Counted from the stretch's first letter, positions 1 through 14,272 are shown. The stretch: DNA of 64,000 bases from Eledone cirrhosa (GCA_964016885.1 OZ024748.1:9982001-10046000), one strand, 5' to 3'. Made by a program: numbers and translations. The notes: generated by a model from the letters alone, not told the origin.

Positions 1-3000
1 TTTACTCTAATATACACAGTGTGTATGAGTTTAAATTTATTTAAATTTTATTTTTTAACGCCACTTTTCTCTCTTTTTCTTAACGTTATCATATAATGAT
101 GATGATGAAGACAATTCTTCAGCTATTTGTATTTCCAATAATCATGTTTCAGTCTGCATATAATTTTAATTTATTAATAAACTTGAAGATGGAGATGATG
201 ATGTTAAAAAAAAAATACATGTGCCAGTACCACGATAAATGCACCCAATCCACTCAGTTGTAGTGCTGGTGCCATGAAAAAACACATGTAGTTCACTCTG
301 TAAGGTAGTTGATGTTAGGAAGGATATCCAGCCTTACAAAATATGCCAAATATGGAACGTATGAGTAAGATTAGGTCTCTCCATCCCACCTGGCCTCAAA
401 CTGTCCAACCCATACCATTGTATGATAATGATGACACCATCGTCATCACTGTTTAACAACTATTTTCCATGCTTGGATGAGTAGTCACATTGAAACAAGC
501 AAGACATAGTCACAGGTGACTGTCTTGCTTGTACACTGTTTTTTATTTGGTTTCTATGGTTGCACTCAGTCCATGTTGTAATGTATTTGGCATTAAGGAG
601 GGCATCCAGCCGTAGAAATCAAACCCAAAACAGATCCATATGAACATGACTTGGTCACCAGACCAGACCTGACCTGACTTGTTTCATAATGTCACAACCT
701 GCCTAACCAATGCAAGCATGGAAAATAAATGTTAAATAATGATGAATATATATATATCTTTGTTACCTGAATTAACCCATACAAGCCAAAAACTCAAGAG
801 TTACATTGGAGTGAATGATTAGTTTCAAATGAATAAAAAAGAATCTACTACATGCATTGATTTCTTTTTTTGTCTCCAATTTTTACATATTTCAGAAATA
901 ATGACTTTTTGAATGCCCTCTACATGTGAATGTATATTGATGTGTTTTATTTTGCTTTTGCCTGGTGGGATTTGAACTCATGTACCCTGACACCAAGTGT
1001 TTGAGGGCGTTTGAAATGATGTGCTACAGAAGAGAACTGGATAGATTGTAGAACAAAGAATTGAGTCTTAGAGGAGGAACAAAAATTAGTGATGATAGTA
1101 AGAAAATAAAAATTGTTATATATTGGGCATTTTATCAGAGTCTATATCATTAGGGGCTTGGAGGGTGGAAAATGAACTTGAAACCGACAAAAATGTAGTG
1201 ATGACATCAAGGAATGAATAGGAAAGACCTTGGCAGAGTGTACAGCTGCAACATGAGACCACAATGTGAGGTGTGTTTAACTACATTTTACAATCATTTT
1301 TACACACTAAGGCTAGTTCTAAGAGAGAGGGGAAGATGGCATTCATATTGTCTGTTAAAATGAAATAAACAAAATTTTAAAAAATTTATAAAACAGATGA
1401 ATTGGTAAAAAATTACTATGTAATGCAGTTGTGAAAAAAAAACTATACTCTAAACAACACTTAAAAACATTCTAGATATCAAAATATTAAAATTCATAAA
1501 ATGTTTTCCATTCGAGGGAATTTACAAAATTGTGTGATCTAAACATAATGTGTTGACTAACTATTTTGGCTGTACACAGCATTTGGAATTTTACTCATTT
1601 CTCAGGTATAAAAATGAAATAATGTTTTGTAGTAGTTCTAATTCTTTACAAATAAAGTACCAGTCAAGTACTGGGGTTGATTTAATCAACTTTGCTCTTC
1701 CCCCAAATTTTGATGAGCCAACAAGACAGTCTCTTGCCAATATTGCAAGATTTAAGTTAACATTTAGCCTATTCTTAATGAAGTAGATCACTTTATAGTG
1801 TTAATTAATTTATATTCTATGAAAGAAATTGTCAGTATACATGTTACAATTATTTTGAAATATTCCACATATTTTGTTGTTTTCTTTCTTTTATGAAAAA
1901 CATGCAACACTACATGGAAGGACATCCAGGTATAGATAACCTGTCAAACAAAGGGTCAGGAGGACCCTCCAGTTGTATCCAAGACATACAATCCTGCACT
2001 ATACAAGGGAGGTTATGTAAGTGGGATGCAGGCCTTGGCCAATGAGGTCAGTAGCCCTGCTTGAATACTGACTCTGTTACTGAGCACTTTTCCAACTATT
2101 GCCAGCAGGTAAAATGGACACGAGCTCACACCAATGTAGGTGTGGCTGATGTCCTACAAGGTTGTATTTTATATGAGGTTTATTTAGTGTTTTAATGATG
2201 GAGTCTCTAGACTAATCATTGAAAGCAAAGTGAAATGCATTGCTGAAGAAAACTGCACTGTTCAGTACAGAAATCAAACACATGATCTTATGGTGGTGAG
2301 ACCAGCAGCCTAACAACTAGGCCATGTTCCGTCTCTTCAGAGGTGGATTAACCGTACATGGTTCACTTGGCTGAAAATGTTATTGGGCCCCTTATTATTT
2401 ATGTTAGCCAAAAACAATGTGGGCCCCCTGGCTACAGTCAAGTCAGAAAACCACCACACAAAGACTTGAACCATCATTGCTTCGTGTTATAAATTAGATA
2501 TGATTATAAACCACTTTTCCTCCACTGACAATTGTGCATGAAGCACATGAAACCTTAACATATAGATTGTGTTGTTTCCAGTCTATTCAAATGATATCAA
2601 GCACTATTGTGAAATTAACAAATATCAATAAGACAGTATATATTGCAAGATTATATATATATCAAAAGCCCTTAGATACCTTCCACACCCTAGTTACAAC
2701 TCTCTCCCCTCTTGTGCACCCCATCCATGCCCCTCCACAAATTAACTATTCTCTCCATCACCCCCTTTGACACTGGTGAGTACTACCCCATGCTATTGAC
2801 ACCATCCAAGCCCACTTTCTCTGCTTAGGTATTCTCACCACCACTACACATCTCACCCTCTATGTTATCAAAAGTTTCCCCTTCTCCATCCTCTCAAAGC
2901 ACACTACACGTGCCATACATTCATAACTTCATACAGAGCAAAAAGGGCTCTTCAGTAGGGACAATGGCAAACAACCTCTCTAATGTTGGTACTACAAAAC

Positions 3001-3179
3001 TGCACCCTTTAAGGCGGTGGCAACAGGAAAGCACCCTGCTGTACAAATCACATGTGGTAACTTGGGCAAGTTTATTCTGCGATAGACTCAGGTTGACCAA
3101 TGCCTCGTGAGTGAAATTTTGCTGGTCGAAACTGTGTAGTAGATTTTCAAATATATAATGAATATAATAAATGTTTAAC

Positions 3180-3730
3180 TAAATCGGTCAATTACCACTT
3201 ATATAAAATAACGGCCTCTTTTTGTAAGTGCAATCGGTCGTATTTAAGTTTTGTAGTCAAAACTTAATTACTTCTGTTATCACATCCTTCCTCTGTCGTT
3301 CTATTTACATACATATTAGCCTTGATTGAACAAAGTCCTTTCAGTCACTATCATTTAATTCATTTATATTCAGGATCGCGATATCAAACACTCCTTACAA
3401 TTTTTTAAACAGTACGGTTTATTTTGAGAGAAATTTGTTTGTTTTTTCTAGTAGATCGAGCAGTCACGTAAAAGTTCCTTCTTTAACTCGACTTGTTAGC
3501 TTATCTTGGCCTGACCTGGCTACGTTTCCGTTTCAACGATGACGAGTAATAAAACAATTAACTGTGAAGACCACACCTGTTACCAATACGCATGCGTCCA
3601 GGTATGAACTTGAACGATTGGAATTTTTTGATGACCGACTTAAAACTTACCTTTTGATATAATTATTTCTCCTGACAGGTATGGAATGATATTTCTATAT
3701 TTGGTATAAAAAATCCCGTTATCCATTCAG
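3180..3730. promoter_or_regulatory. CpG-retaining putative promoter/first-exon region
   Basis: CpG density visibly much higher than in 1-3100 and most of 5100-10700. NRF1-like palindrome ACGCATGCGT near 3588-3597; donor-like sites on both strands (CAG|GTATGA 3601/3602 on +, AAG|GTAAGT 3651/3650 on -). Confidence 0.4.
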
Positions 3731-3742
3731 CTTACTTATATA

Positions 3743-3808
<66 letters not shown>

Positions 3809-3842
3809 TGTTTGTAAAATGATGTATAGAATTTAAATGATC

Positions 3843-3934
<92 letters not shown>

Positions 3935-4151
3935 TAAATTGTTTAAATTCTATACATCATTTTACAAACTATATATAATGTATAAATTCGTTTAACCAGT
4001 AAAATATCTTAAACACACATACACATTCTCACTTCCTCTTTTAAACTTTCAACCCAAACACCTCTTATCTCTCTCTCTTTCTCACCTGTATAGAAACGAT
4101 CTTTTATGGAACAACGACAGTGGGTTATTTTTATTTCGTTATATATATATA

Positions 4152-4395
4152 TATTGTTATACTTTGGGAGGGTCATGCTGCCAATAAAACACACGCACCC
4201 CTCAGTTTGTTTGATAACCGGATGGTTGTTTATATATTGTCAACCAACCAACCAACCGGAAATGCATAATAAATTAAAATGAAAACCAACAGGTGCGTGT
4301 GTTTTTATTGACTGCCTGAATCTCCCAAAGTATAACAATATCTGTCTCAACATAGGTTTTCAGATAAGAAATCTTGCAAAACAAATTCAAAAACG
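4152..4395. mobile_element. Penelope-like terminal repeat family A, diverged inverted pair
   Basis: tattgttatactttgggag...ctcccaaagtataacaata inverted arrangement between TA tracts; same motif as 19521-19950. Confidence 0.6.
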
Positions 4396-5075
4396 ATATA
4401 TATATATAATGCAAGAAGCAAAGAAAATATCAGTGATACGATAAGATTTCCTGGTGGAATTTCAGATAAACTCCGGTGTAGATCCAGTTTCAGAGAGAAT
4501 CGAAAAGGGCGAAATGTTAGGTTTTCATTGCGTTTATTGATAATATTTTTAATCATATATATATAATTAAACATATCATCGACTTGTCTTTCACTAAATT
4601 CAGAGTTAGTCCCTCTTACAAATTCTCGTCGACTCTCCAACGCTTTGACCTGGATGGTCTGGTAAATGTCCGATTCTCTCCATAGACCCGCAACCAAGCT
4701 GCCTTGCACAAACGGTTTGCAGGTTTCAGTCTGCTTTCTTTCCTCCAACCACGCTTGCTCCTCTTTAGTGAGTGACACCCTCTCCTTTCCATCAGGGAGT
4801 AGATTGAAGCTTTACTACAGTGAAGAGAGCTGGGTTTGTCAGTTCCTGTTACTGATGAGGATGGACGAAAGCAGAGAATATGAGACAATCTGCGTTCGAG
4901 GGAAACTTAACTCTTTAATCATTCTGATGAAAGTGCCGTTTACTTTCTGCAAGCGCAAAGTTTTTTTGGAACTGGATTGATGCCCTGTCTGTGGCACCAC
5001 AGTCAGTGACTCTGTTACGCCCTCACACATCATGGATGCAGCGATAAATGGGGGGGGGGGGGGGGGGGGCAGCAC

Positions 5076-5460
5076 TGCTTGGAAGTCAAAGGTCTTAAAG
5101 TCAACTTGGCAAAAACTAAAGTCCTAGTAAGTAGAAAGAAAAACAGGGCCTAGAATCCTTCAGGGAAATGGCTTTGTTCAGTGAACAGGAAAGGAGTTTG
5201 TTAGAAATTCTACTCTACATCCCAAATGCAAACTATGGGTACACAAAACATGCAGTTGGATCTCAGGTAGTCTAGCAAAGAATGTAGATTTCATATGTTG
5301 TTGATGCACAGAATCAATGAGCAGCAAGGGCACACAGGAAACAAGCTCTATTAAATGCTGAGTTGGCTCCGTAGAATTTTTTGAAAGCTTCTGTTACCTG
5401 GGTGACCAAATTAGCAGTGAAGGTTGGTATTTTGAAAATACAGTAAGAGTGAGAACAGTT
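5076..5460 (+). mobile_element. Decayed RTE-clade LINE RT fragment with Cys-rich (PHD-like) insert
   Basis: Translates with stops/frameshifts as LEVKGLKVNLAKTKVLV...SGKWLCSV.RKGV...CKLWVHKTCS...ESFCYLGDQIS. Confidence 0.75.
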
Positions 5461-5596
5461 TTTACTGTCATAGTGATATTGGTTGAGGTTATTTCTGTGG
5501 TGGTGACTGGAGGCAAGGTTGTTGCTGCTATTGTTATTTTACCAATTTATTTTTTAATTTTAGTTGAGTTGAAGTGTCAGAAAAGAAGTCCGAAGA

Positions 5597-5864
5597 ATGT
5601 CGACTGACAAGAGTTTGGCCAAGGCCATTGAGGCTGGATCGTATGAAATGGAACGGAAAAACTGGTCATCTCAGTTGAGTGTGGCCACTATTACTGGAAG
5701 TCGACACAGCCTCCACTCTAATTATACCATACATTCTTCATATGTCTTACCAATTCTGACTGAAACACCAGATCCTCTTAAGAAGCCATCAGACTATTTA
5801 GGGTTTTCAATCTGCTCCATTTTCTGCAACCCACTCTTTGGTTTATTTGCAATATTATTATCAG
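5597..5864 (+). CDS. CD225/dispanin (IFITM/PRRT/TMEM91-like) membrane protein, coding exon 1
   Basis: MSTDKS...KKPSDYLGFSICSIFCNPLFGLFAILLS resembles the CD225 P-DYL...SI...FC-P-G--A---S pattern. Donor TCAG|GTAAGT at 5864/5865; upstream acceptor ttttaattttag ends at 5563. Confidence 0.85.
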
Positions 5865-6567
5865 GTAAGTTGATATCACTTTCTTGTAAAAATGTGATGA
5901 GACCTCCAGCAATACTACTCACTTTCTTTGATAATTTTTGCCACACACATACACCATTTCCAAACAGTTCTTGCAATGCAAGGTTTAAGGATTGCTGTGT
6001 GGTCAACCATGTTTGTTCCAGATTTGGCCCTACAATGTGGCACAGAGGAAAAGTGTCTTCTTCCATAGTTTTGGATTATGTGTTTGTGTATGGGTTTGTG
6101 TGTTTCTGTTTGTATGAATATATTTTTCAACTGTGCATATTGACAAAAAGCTTAAACCTCAGTGAGAAAACTGAAACCAACGCTTTCAACAAAAAGTACA
6201 TTTTGTGGTATTTTTTTTTTGTCTGACTAATAAAAATAAAGCCTTGTTTGCATAGGCATCTCTAGGGTATGGCACATGCCATGGGTGTTACCTGGACTAG
6301 GAGCACTTTCTATTAAAGTCAAATAAGCTATTGTCAGAGATTAAAAAAAGAAACTTCTTCAAATGTATGATCTGTCTTTGATTATCATGAGTGTGAAACA
6401 CTAGGTCTTTGATTATCATGAGTGAGAAACACTATGGTATCTCGATCATGAAACCATTTATATAAATTATTAGGCCTCCATAGGTAAAAATGCAGTGCTG
6501 GGAACTACATGATCACAGAGGCATACCTGATAGTATGACTTATCAAATATTTTATTAGGATTTTAAT

Positions 6568-7535
6568 ATTTTTTTTTTTTTTAATGTATTTTCTCTAAGG
6601 TGAACATGTTTTGCATCTTTGAAATATATATAATGAAAATATAAACAGAGCATATAAATAAATTTACAGAAGGATAACATAACAAATATGTTTTAAATAT
6701 ATACATAAATAACATTACAAATGCCTCGGTAACACTACAAAGGATGATACAATGAAAGATATATTCCTTCAATGCTACAATATTAGAGAAAATGTAAAAG
6801 AAGGGGTGAACAACAGAGCCAACACCAGAGCAACGTCGCGAGTACTGGGCAACCTCTCTAATGATTTTTGAGGCAAGCCAGCACACTCGCAGCGTTGCCT
6901 TGGGTGATGGCGAGGCTGATGCGCTGAAACAGCCAAGCACCCTCGCGAGATTCGCCAGTCACCTCTATTAGGCGAGCCGCCAGGGAGGAAAGGAACCTCG
7001 CAGTCAGCGGCCTGACTCCCCCAAACGTCTCGAAAGCCACAGGCTGAAAAATGTAGTTGGCTGACAGATCAGAGTATTTGAGGGTCTTACTCCGCTCGGC
7101 TGCAGAAGCTGTGGCTCTCGTCCTAACCACAGCATCCAGGATGTGGGAAAGAGCAAAGGAGTCACTAACCGTGACGTCCCAGACAAGGCACCTGCCTCTT
7201 GACCAGGGGCACAAGGTAAGACCGTCAAGTCTTTTGCCGTCACTTCTGGACAACCCAGATGGTTCCAAGACTGAGGGGATATTTGCCCGGGCCAAAGCTC
7301 TCTTCAGAATGAGGTTTAGCTCCGTGTGATGCGCGAAGCAGCCGGCATTCAAGTGGCAAGAAAGACCGTGGAGGCCTGTGGAGTCGAGGAGTTTGCCGCA
7401 TCGGCACCTCAAACCCATGCAGGCGTCGGCTCCCACTCTGAGGGCGATGGAGACACGAAGTTCGTCCAGGCTGAGTAGGCCACCAACGTTGGCCACGGGT
7501 AGGGCATTGACCCAGTCACCTGAGTATTTGGTGCT
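6568..7535 (-). mobile_element. 5'-truncated CRE-like non-LTR retrotransposon (zinc knuckle + restriction-like endonuclease), antisense in the dispanin intron
   Basis: SGDWVNALP...CRCG...HGLSC...H...EP.GL.R.DGKRLDG...W..G..LVWDVTV...KY...F.PVAFETFG...QRISLAI..GNA; GC-rich relative to flanks; poly(A) on - strand at 6568-6582. Confidence 0.85.
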
Positions 7536-7613
7536 GGCAGATAAAATACGAAGTGTGTTTTATAAATTTTGACAAAACCAAGGAGAATATGCCTTAACGG
7601 TTCATGTTATCCT

Positions 7614-7654
<41 letters not shown>

Positions 7655-8394
7655 GATGGAAGTTGTATTTTAAACAATGACGAAATCAAAGATCAATATT
7701 ACACAGATCACTCCCTTTAAATACACTTTTGCCAATATTTTACGTACACTTAAGCATAAAGGATACCTGTAGGACAAATGAAAATGCAGTTTAATACCCT
7801 AAACCTTCATTTATTTAAACTGTGCTGTCAGTCCCATTGTCTAACAACTACTAGATAGATTGCTGCATGGGCAGGCGTGCAATTTCAATGTTTGCCATAG
7901 GCGCTATTTTCCCTTGTTACATCTCTGCTTGTCCCTCATGCAACTATAAATGCACTGAACCAGAGGCAGGATTGTTGGCAACTGAAATGTAATGATAGGT
8001 CAATGATATATGAAGCTACCATCACATTAGTTAGAATGAATCATACAGCAAACAGAGAATGATATATGAATATGACACAGGGCCAGTTTAAATAACAGTA
8101 CTATTTGCATATTGTCTTTTAAACACCAGGAATTGAGGACAGCCATGGCATTGGCAAATCGTATATGGGAACGGAAAGATAAAGTATACAATACATGATT
8201 AAATGGAACATCCTAGATAAGTCATGCTCTTTACATTAAAGAAAGAAAGCGATGTTCACTTTGCTAAAGTGAAAAATTAAGGATATTACTGGGGGTGGAA
8301 TCCTTGGATAAATACCGAAACACTAAAAATAAACTATTTAGAGGATGTCTCTAAATCACCTCTTAACATGGAGAGTAATTTGCGAGAACAACAG

Positions 8395-8712
8395 AACATG
8401 GATGAACTGGGAGAGAAACTGGATATCAGATGAATCAGAAGTTGTGTGCAAGAGAGGGGTGTGATGGTATGGATGTGTGATGCATGTGGATGATGATCAC
8501 TGGGTGAAGAAGTGCCAAGAAATCCAAATGGAAGTAAGCTGCAATAGAGGAAGACCAAGAAAGACCTGTGTAGAGGTGGTAAGAATTGATTTCAAATTGC
8601 TGAAACTCAAAGAGAAGTTGATGATGGAACACAATGAGTAGAGAGATGCTGTGTTGGCCCTGTCTAATCCATGCAAGCGTGGAAAAGTAGACATGAAAAC
8701 GATGATGATAAT
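8395..8712 (+). mobile_element. RTE LINE 3' end remnant
   Basis: WYG.VMH.DDDHWVKKC...RGRPRKT..EVV..D followed by tail ctaatccatgcaagcgtggaaaa...gatgatgat; similar tails at about 700-745 and 11367-11418. Confidence 0.7.
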
Positions 8713-9016
8713 TATAGCAGCTGAAAAACAGTTACATAACAGACAGCTTTCTACCTCAGTAGCCACTTGCTAGCATGCATATTAAGGTGATATTACACTT
8801 GTAATGCCAATTTTTACAACAGATTGGAGAACTGCTCTGTTAGTAAGATACATATGAGATGATATATCAATGAATGAACTCGAAAATTTATGGGTATTTT
8901 TCATCAAAAACAGTGATATGGCTAGAAATAAATAGACAACAGTCTTAGAACTGAATTAATACAAAAATCATTGTAGAATGTACTTATGTTGTCTTTTTTT
9001 TTGTTTTTTTTTTCAG

Positions 9017-9177
9017 AAAAATCTCGGGCATATTACCATCGGTGCAAATACAGGAAAGCATCATTGTGTGGGAGCTATGCCTATGGTGTGGCACTCAGTG
9101 GCTTGATATGTACCTGCCTGTTGTTGCTTCTAATTGGGTCTATCATCATCTGGCAGAAGGTGCCTTACATTGAATAG
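9017..9177 (+). CDS. CD225/dispanin protein, coding exon 2 (spliced product about 142 aa)
   Basis: Strong polypyrimidine acceptor (T)nCAG ending 9016. Phase-1 join G|AA gives E-KSRAYYHRCKYRKASLCGSYAYGVALSGLICTCLLLLLIGSIIIWQKVPYIE*, the CD225 loop plus C-terminal TM helix. Confidence 0.85.
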
Positions 9178-9364
9178 GATGAATCTCTCTGTGTAATAGG
9201 AACAGAAACAATGCATATATACAAAGTTTTGGTTGCACAAATGGAAGAAACAAAACTCAATAGAAGAGTAGAGTGATATACACTTAGAGATTGATAAGTG
9301 CCCTGAAGCATGAAACTATAGGTCCTTGCTTCACTAATAAAGCTTTACAGCTATAACAAAGTAT

Positions 9365-9414
<50 letters not shown>

Positions 9415-9990
9415 GTTCATGAATTGCAAACAAATCTTTTAACAATAACTACACCAATTTTTATATATTCTCGCTCTTTCTCATACCAAAAGATGTTTGA
9501 ACTAATATTAAAATGATTCATTAATATTACCAAAATTATGCTTTATACATAGAGGCATGTGGGGGAAGTATTGGGAGTGTGGGGCATGACCCACTGGTTG
9601 CAAGAATGATGGGTTGAAAAACTATCTCTGGCCTATCATACCAAGGTTGAGGCTCGAAAAATGTCTTTTTCTCTTTGGGTGCTGGGAGCCATTTTCATAT
9701 TTTTTAGATATACACTCAGACACATACATATATACACTCAGACACATACATATACACACTCAGTGAAGGAAATGGATTAAATTTGTGTTAGAAACTAGGG
9801 GGCTAATGTTGGAAAGGAATAGGTAGCGGTTATAGGCCTCACCCTCTCAAGGAACTGAAATGTAGAATGGGATATAAAATAACTTTTGTATTTTATCTGA
9901 TGAGAGTGTAGCAAAATTTTGGTACCCTTGAAATATATATAATAAAATAAATATGGTTTTATAAAGATAGTTTCCATTTATTAATATCAT

Positions 9991-10054
<64 letters not shown>

Positions 10055-11099
10055 AATGCCTTGCCTTAACAACCACCTCTTCATGTCACCTAAAGGGGTA
10101 GTACTTAAAAAGAGGAAACAAAACAAAAACATATAAATAAAATATTACTTTAAACTCTGTATTAGGGGTTTCCGATCTGAAGTCTGCATAGCTAGTACTT
10201 AGGGCCCATGAGCTATTTGAGGGCTGCAAAGATAGTACTGGGGATGTATGAGCTAAGTTAAAACTTCTCTAATTCTTTTTTAAAAACATATGTACATGCT
10301 TGTATGTACCGATTCTTCTCTAATTTCTCTGATACGATTGTTATTTTTTCACTGTATAATGATTTGGGAGAGCAATTGCGTAGTTGGCAATGGGAGGGGG
10401 GGTCCATGGGAAAATAAAATTATATAAAAGAGGTCCTTGGTAGTGAAAAGGTTGGTAATCACTTTCATATATACATTCATACATCTCTTATTTTTCTATA
10501 TCAATACTTTGTATTTCTTCGTATTTTTGTACTTTAAGATGATTTTTTCTTCTTTGTTTATATCTATCAAGCTATTATCTATGTAATGGAGAATCTTACC
10601 AATAAAACTTTAATATTTTTAAATCTTCATAATTGGGATTTTCTTTCATAAACAGTTTTTTTCTGTTTTTTCTTTATGCCTAGGTTAGCTCTGATCCAGC
10701 AATATTTCAACTGCCTTTACCAAACATAGCATATCTAAGAATACATAGAGTATTCTTGATATTTAAAAAACTATGTGTGTGTGTGTATGTGTAGAAACCG
10801 GTTATTGTTATAGAAAATATTTGTCCCAAAGTAATAATCTAGATTTATTTTCTGAAATTAACAGCTTCACAGCTGAATTTCCCTGAGAATTATGTCGGTA
10901 GAATGCTCAGCCACTTGCACATTAATTTCTCGAGCAAGGTGATGTTGGTCAGATAACAACAACACTCGTTGTTGGAACATATACACACATTATATAAGAT
11001 TTACATGTGTATATATACACATTATGTAAGATTTATATAATGTATACACACACACATCATATATATATAGCATTATATACATGCATATATATACATACA

Positions 11100-11260
11100 T
11101 AATATAACTGGTACTCCGTCAGTTAGAGCGATGCACATAGCTGAGTATTCCACATATGTACCGTGACACAGGATGTGGAGGACTCCACCTGGGAATCGAA
11201 CTCACCACTTTACTGTTGTCAGCCGAATACCCTAACCACTAGGCTACGCACCTCCACACA
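11100..11260 (-). mobile_element. tRNA-derived SINE
   Basis: Reverse complement has A-box (TAGCCTAGTGG) and B-box (GTTCGATTCC). Confidence 0.65.
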
Positions 11261-11419
11261 CTTGTATATACACACGATACACACACTATACACATATATA
11301 TACACACTATACACATATATATACACACTATACACGCATATATACACACGTCTTGCCTTAAAATAGGACCCGTCTAACCCATGCTAACATGGAAGATGGA
11401 TGTTAATCGATGATGATTA

Positions 11420-12772
11420 TAAAAGGTCACTCTAACGAGGTTGTAGAGATGCTTGAACGTAAGGGGGTTGATGTTTGCTGTATTCAAGAGAGCAGGTGGA
11501 GGGGTGGGTCTGCTAGATTCATTGTGGGTAAAAAACGATGCTATAAGCTTTTCTGGGTGGGCAATGACAATGGGCTGGGTGGAGTAGGAATCATACTAGC
11601 AGAAAAATGGGTAGATAAGATAATAGACGTAAATAGAGTGAACAACAGAATAATTAAAATAAGACTTGTCCTCAATAGAACTACTGTGACAATAATATCT
11701 GCGTATGCACCCCAATCCGGACTGCCTGGCGTTATAAAAGACAGATTCTACGAGTCGTTAATGCTCATTACCTCCCAAATAACCGACAGTGACTATATAA
11801 TTATTGCTGGTGACCTAAATGGTCACGTTGGACAACATTGTGACGGCTATGACGGAATCCATGGAGGCTATGGGTTTGGTAGTAGAAATGAGGAAGGCTC
11901 CAGAATCCTGGAATTCTGTGATGCAAATAACCTAACTATCTGTAACACAAACTTCAAAAATGAGACAATCACTTGATCACCTATAGATCAGGGGAACACG
12001 CCAGTCAGATAGATTATATCCTTACCAGAAGACGTGACAGAGTGTCTGTTGTAAACACAAAATCCCTCCCCCATGAAGAATGCACCTCCCAACATAGCCT
12101 CATAGTTAGCGACCTCATAGTCAGGACGAGATGTACTCGACAACAGAGGAGGACTATCCTCAGGAGAAAAATATGGAAGTTAAAGGACCCCACAGCCAGT
12201 AATAAATTTAAAAGCCTATTGATGCTTTTGACAGTAAGGAAGAGCAATTAGAGTCGTACAATATAGAGGAACAGTGGGAATTCCTGAAAGCTAACCTGCT
12301 GAAGGCGACAAATGAAATCTGTGGCTGGAGCAGGCCTATAGGCAGGAGGAGAGTAACTTGGTGGTGGAACAGTAAGGTGGAGGAGTCGATCAAGGCCAAA
12401 AAGCAGGCTTGGAAAGTATGGCGGGATGGGGGAAGTAGAGAACACTATCAAGTAGCCAGGAGGGAAGCTAGGAGACAAGTGTACTTCGCAAGAAGGGAAG
12501 CAGAAGAAAGAAAGTTCAAGCAAGTTCTACAACGCGAGGACCAAAAACGTGAGGTGTTCAGGATTGCTAGACAATGTGTCAAGGAAAACCGTGATATTGT
12601 CGGGGAGAAGTGTGTCCGTAATGATGATGGTGTACTTGCCATCACTGATGCTGATAAGAAGGTAGCTTGGAAGTGTCACTACGAAAGGCTACTAAATGAG
12701 GAGAATAAATGGGAGAAAGACAGTCTCCCCCACATCGATCCAATAGAGGGACCAGCAGTGCAAGTTGAAGGT
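11420..12772 (+). mobile_element. RTE LINE fragment: APE endonuclease and linker, frameshifted
   Basis: VDVCCIQESRW, GVG, SAYAPQ, AGDLNGHVG, NTNF, SQIDYIL, SQH; split over ORFs 11410, 11973 and 12377; ends before the RT. Confidence 0.9.
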
Positions 12773-12789
12773 AGTATATATACATACTA

Positions 12790-12960
12790 GTAGAGGGTCG
12801 GACGCCATGCTTTGACGCATAGAGTTACGGCCCTTGCCATTCTGAGTTCAAATCCTGCCGAGGTTAACTTTGCCTTTCATCCTTACGGGGGTCGATAAAA
12901 TAAAGTACCAGTAATGTACTGGATAATTGCTGGCCTTGTGCCAAAAGTAGAAACAATTAT
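12790..12960 (+). mobile_element. SINE with Meta/Sauria-like core (other copies about 35910-36100, 39940-40115, 51690-51855, 59260-59372, 60080-60228, 61950-62050, 63655-63728)
   Basis: Recurrent gagttcaaatcc(c/t)gccgaggttaactttgcctttcatccttacggggtcgataaaataaagtaccag...ttgtgccaaaagtagaaacaatta with B-box. Confidence 0.75.
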
Positions 12961-13680
12961 ATATACATACTTTATATATATGCATTTTATATGTATATAC
13001 ATATATATAATGTATATATATATGTATGTATATATAGTTTGAATATATATAGTGTATATATATGTATATAATTGTTTCTACTTTTGGCACAAGTCCAGCA
13101 ATTACTAATCTTCATATATTGTCCCCTTGCAACTCCTTCTGTCCGGCACAGGATTCAATCTGTCTGTAATATCCACAGAGTTACACAAGAGGCGGGTATC
13201 CCTCTACACCAGGAGTAGACTAACCAAACCTTGGCCAGAAGTTTCGTGTATTTTGTACTTGATGGGCGAAGGGTTTTCTCCGGGGCCAGCTCATTCTTTC
13301 TGGGATGTATAGACAGGGGTCAAGGGTCTTTCTCCCCAGCAGAAGGAAACCAAGCAACTCCACCCAAACAAAGTCTGTTTTGTCCTTGGATTTACTCCTT
13401 TCAGCAGCTATATATATATGTATTTGTCATAAAACCCCTTCCGGAATACCGACTTCCGTTTGTATTACTGTAAAGGTGTGTTTTGGTGGAGGAGAGGTCC
13501 TTCACAAACATACACAAGGAAGCCATTACTCTATTAAATTTACATATATATATATATGAATATGTATATGTAGATACACACACACACACGCGCACATATA
13601 TACATCAAATACAACTACTACTACTACCAATACATCGTTAATACAACAAGAAGCTTTCTCTCTCTGGCTCTTTCTTTTTT

Positions 13681-13756
<76 letters not shown>

Positions 13757-13845
13757 ATACTTACATAAGGTCATATAATTCAGCATTGTAGCTTTCTCTA
13801 AAATATTAAAAGAAAGACCAGTTTTTAACTGACAAATAATTAGAT

Positions 13846-14058
13846 AAATTTCTTTATTAGCCACAAGGGCACAAAAGAAGGGGACAATTACAAATGGGGA
13901 GTTTACATACAGGTATATGAAAATAAAACTATTAATAAAATAACAAATAACAATTGAAATCCCCAATAGGGGGGAGGCGTTACACAGAGGTTGTACACCC
14001 CCCGAAAAAATGTACAACTCTCATCTCCAGGAGCACCAAGAGTGAGTACTCCCTTCCT
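13846..14058 (-). mobile_element. Solo 3' UTR copy of the L1/Tx1 element
   Basis: Near-identical to 14273-14481, ends in AATAAAGAAAT on - strand. Confidence 0.75.
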
Positions 14059-14272
14059 AGATACATAGATACAACGCCGCGCACTCATATCAAGTATCTG
14101 TATGGCCGACTGTCCGAACTTAATACATAAATGAAACACACCCACACCCACAAAGGGAGAGAACCAAATGGTAAAATATAGAGTTACCTCCCTTGACGTA
14201 ATTTTTCATAGGTTTTGCATACGTAAATGCGTATGAAACTGTCTGTGTGTGTGTGGATGTGTGTATATATAT

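Noticed and set aside
4347-5075. Minus-strand ORFs as a host gene
   Set aside because: No recognisable domain; faint resemblance to a CR1/L2 3' end (LQKV..TFIRMIKEL, LESRR) but too weak to call.
5865-6226. C-terminal half of the 209-aa ORF 5597-6226
   Set aside because: Read-through past a consensus donor; the CD225 domain completes in the exon at 9017.
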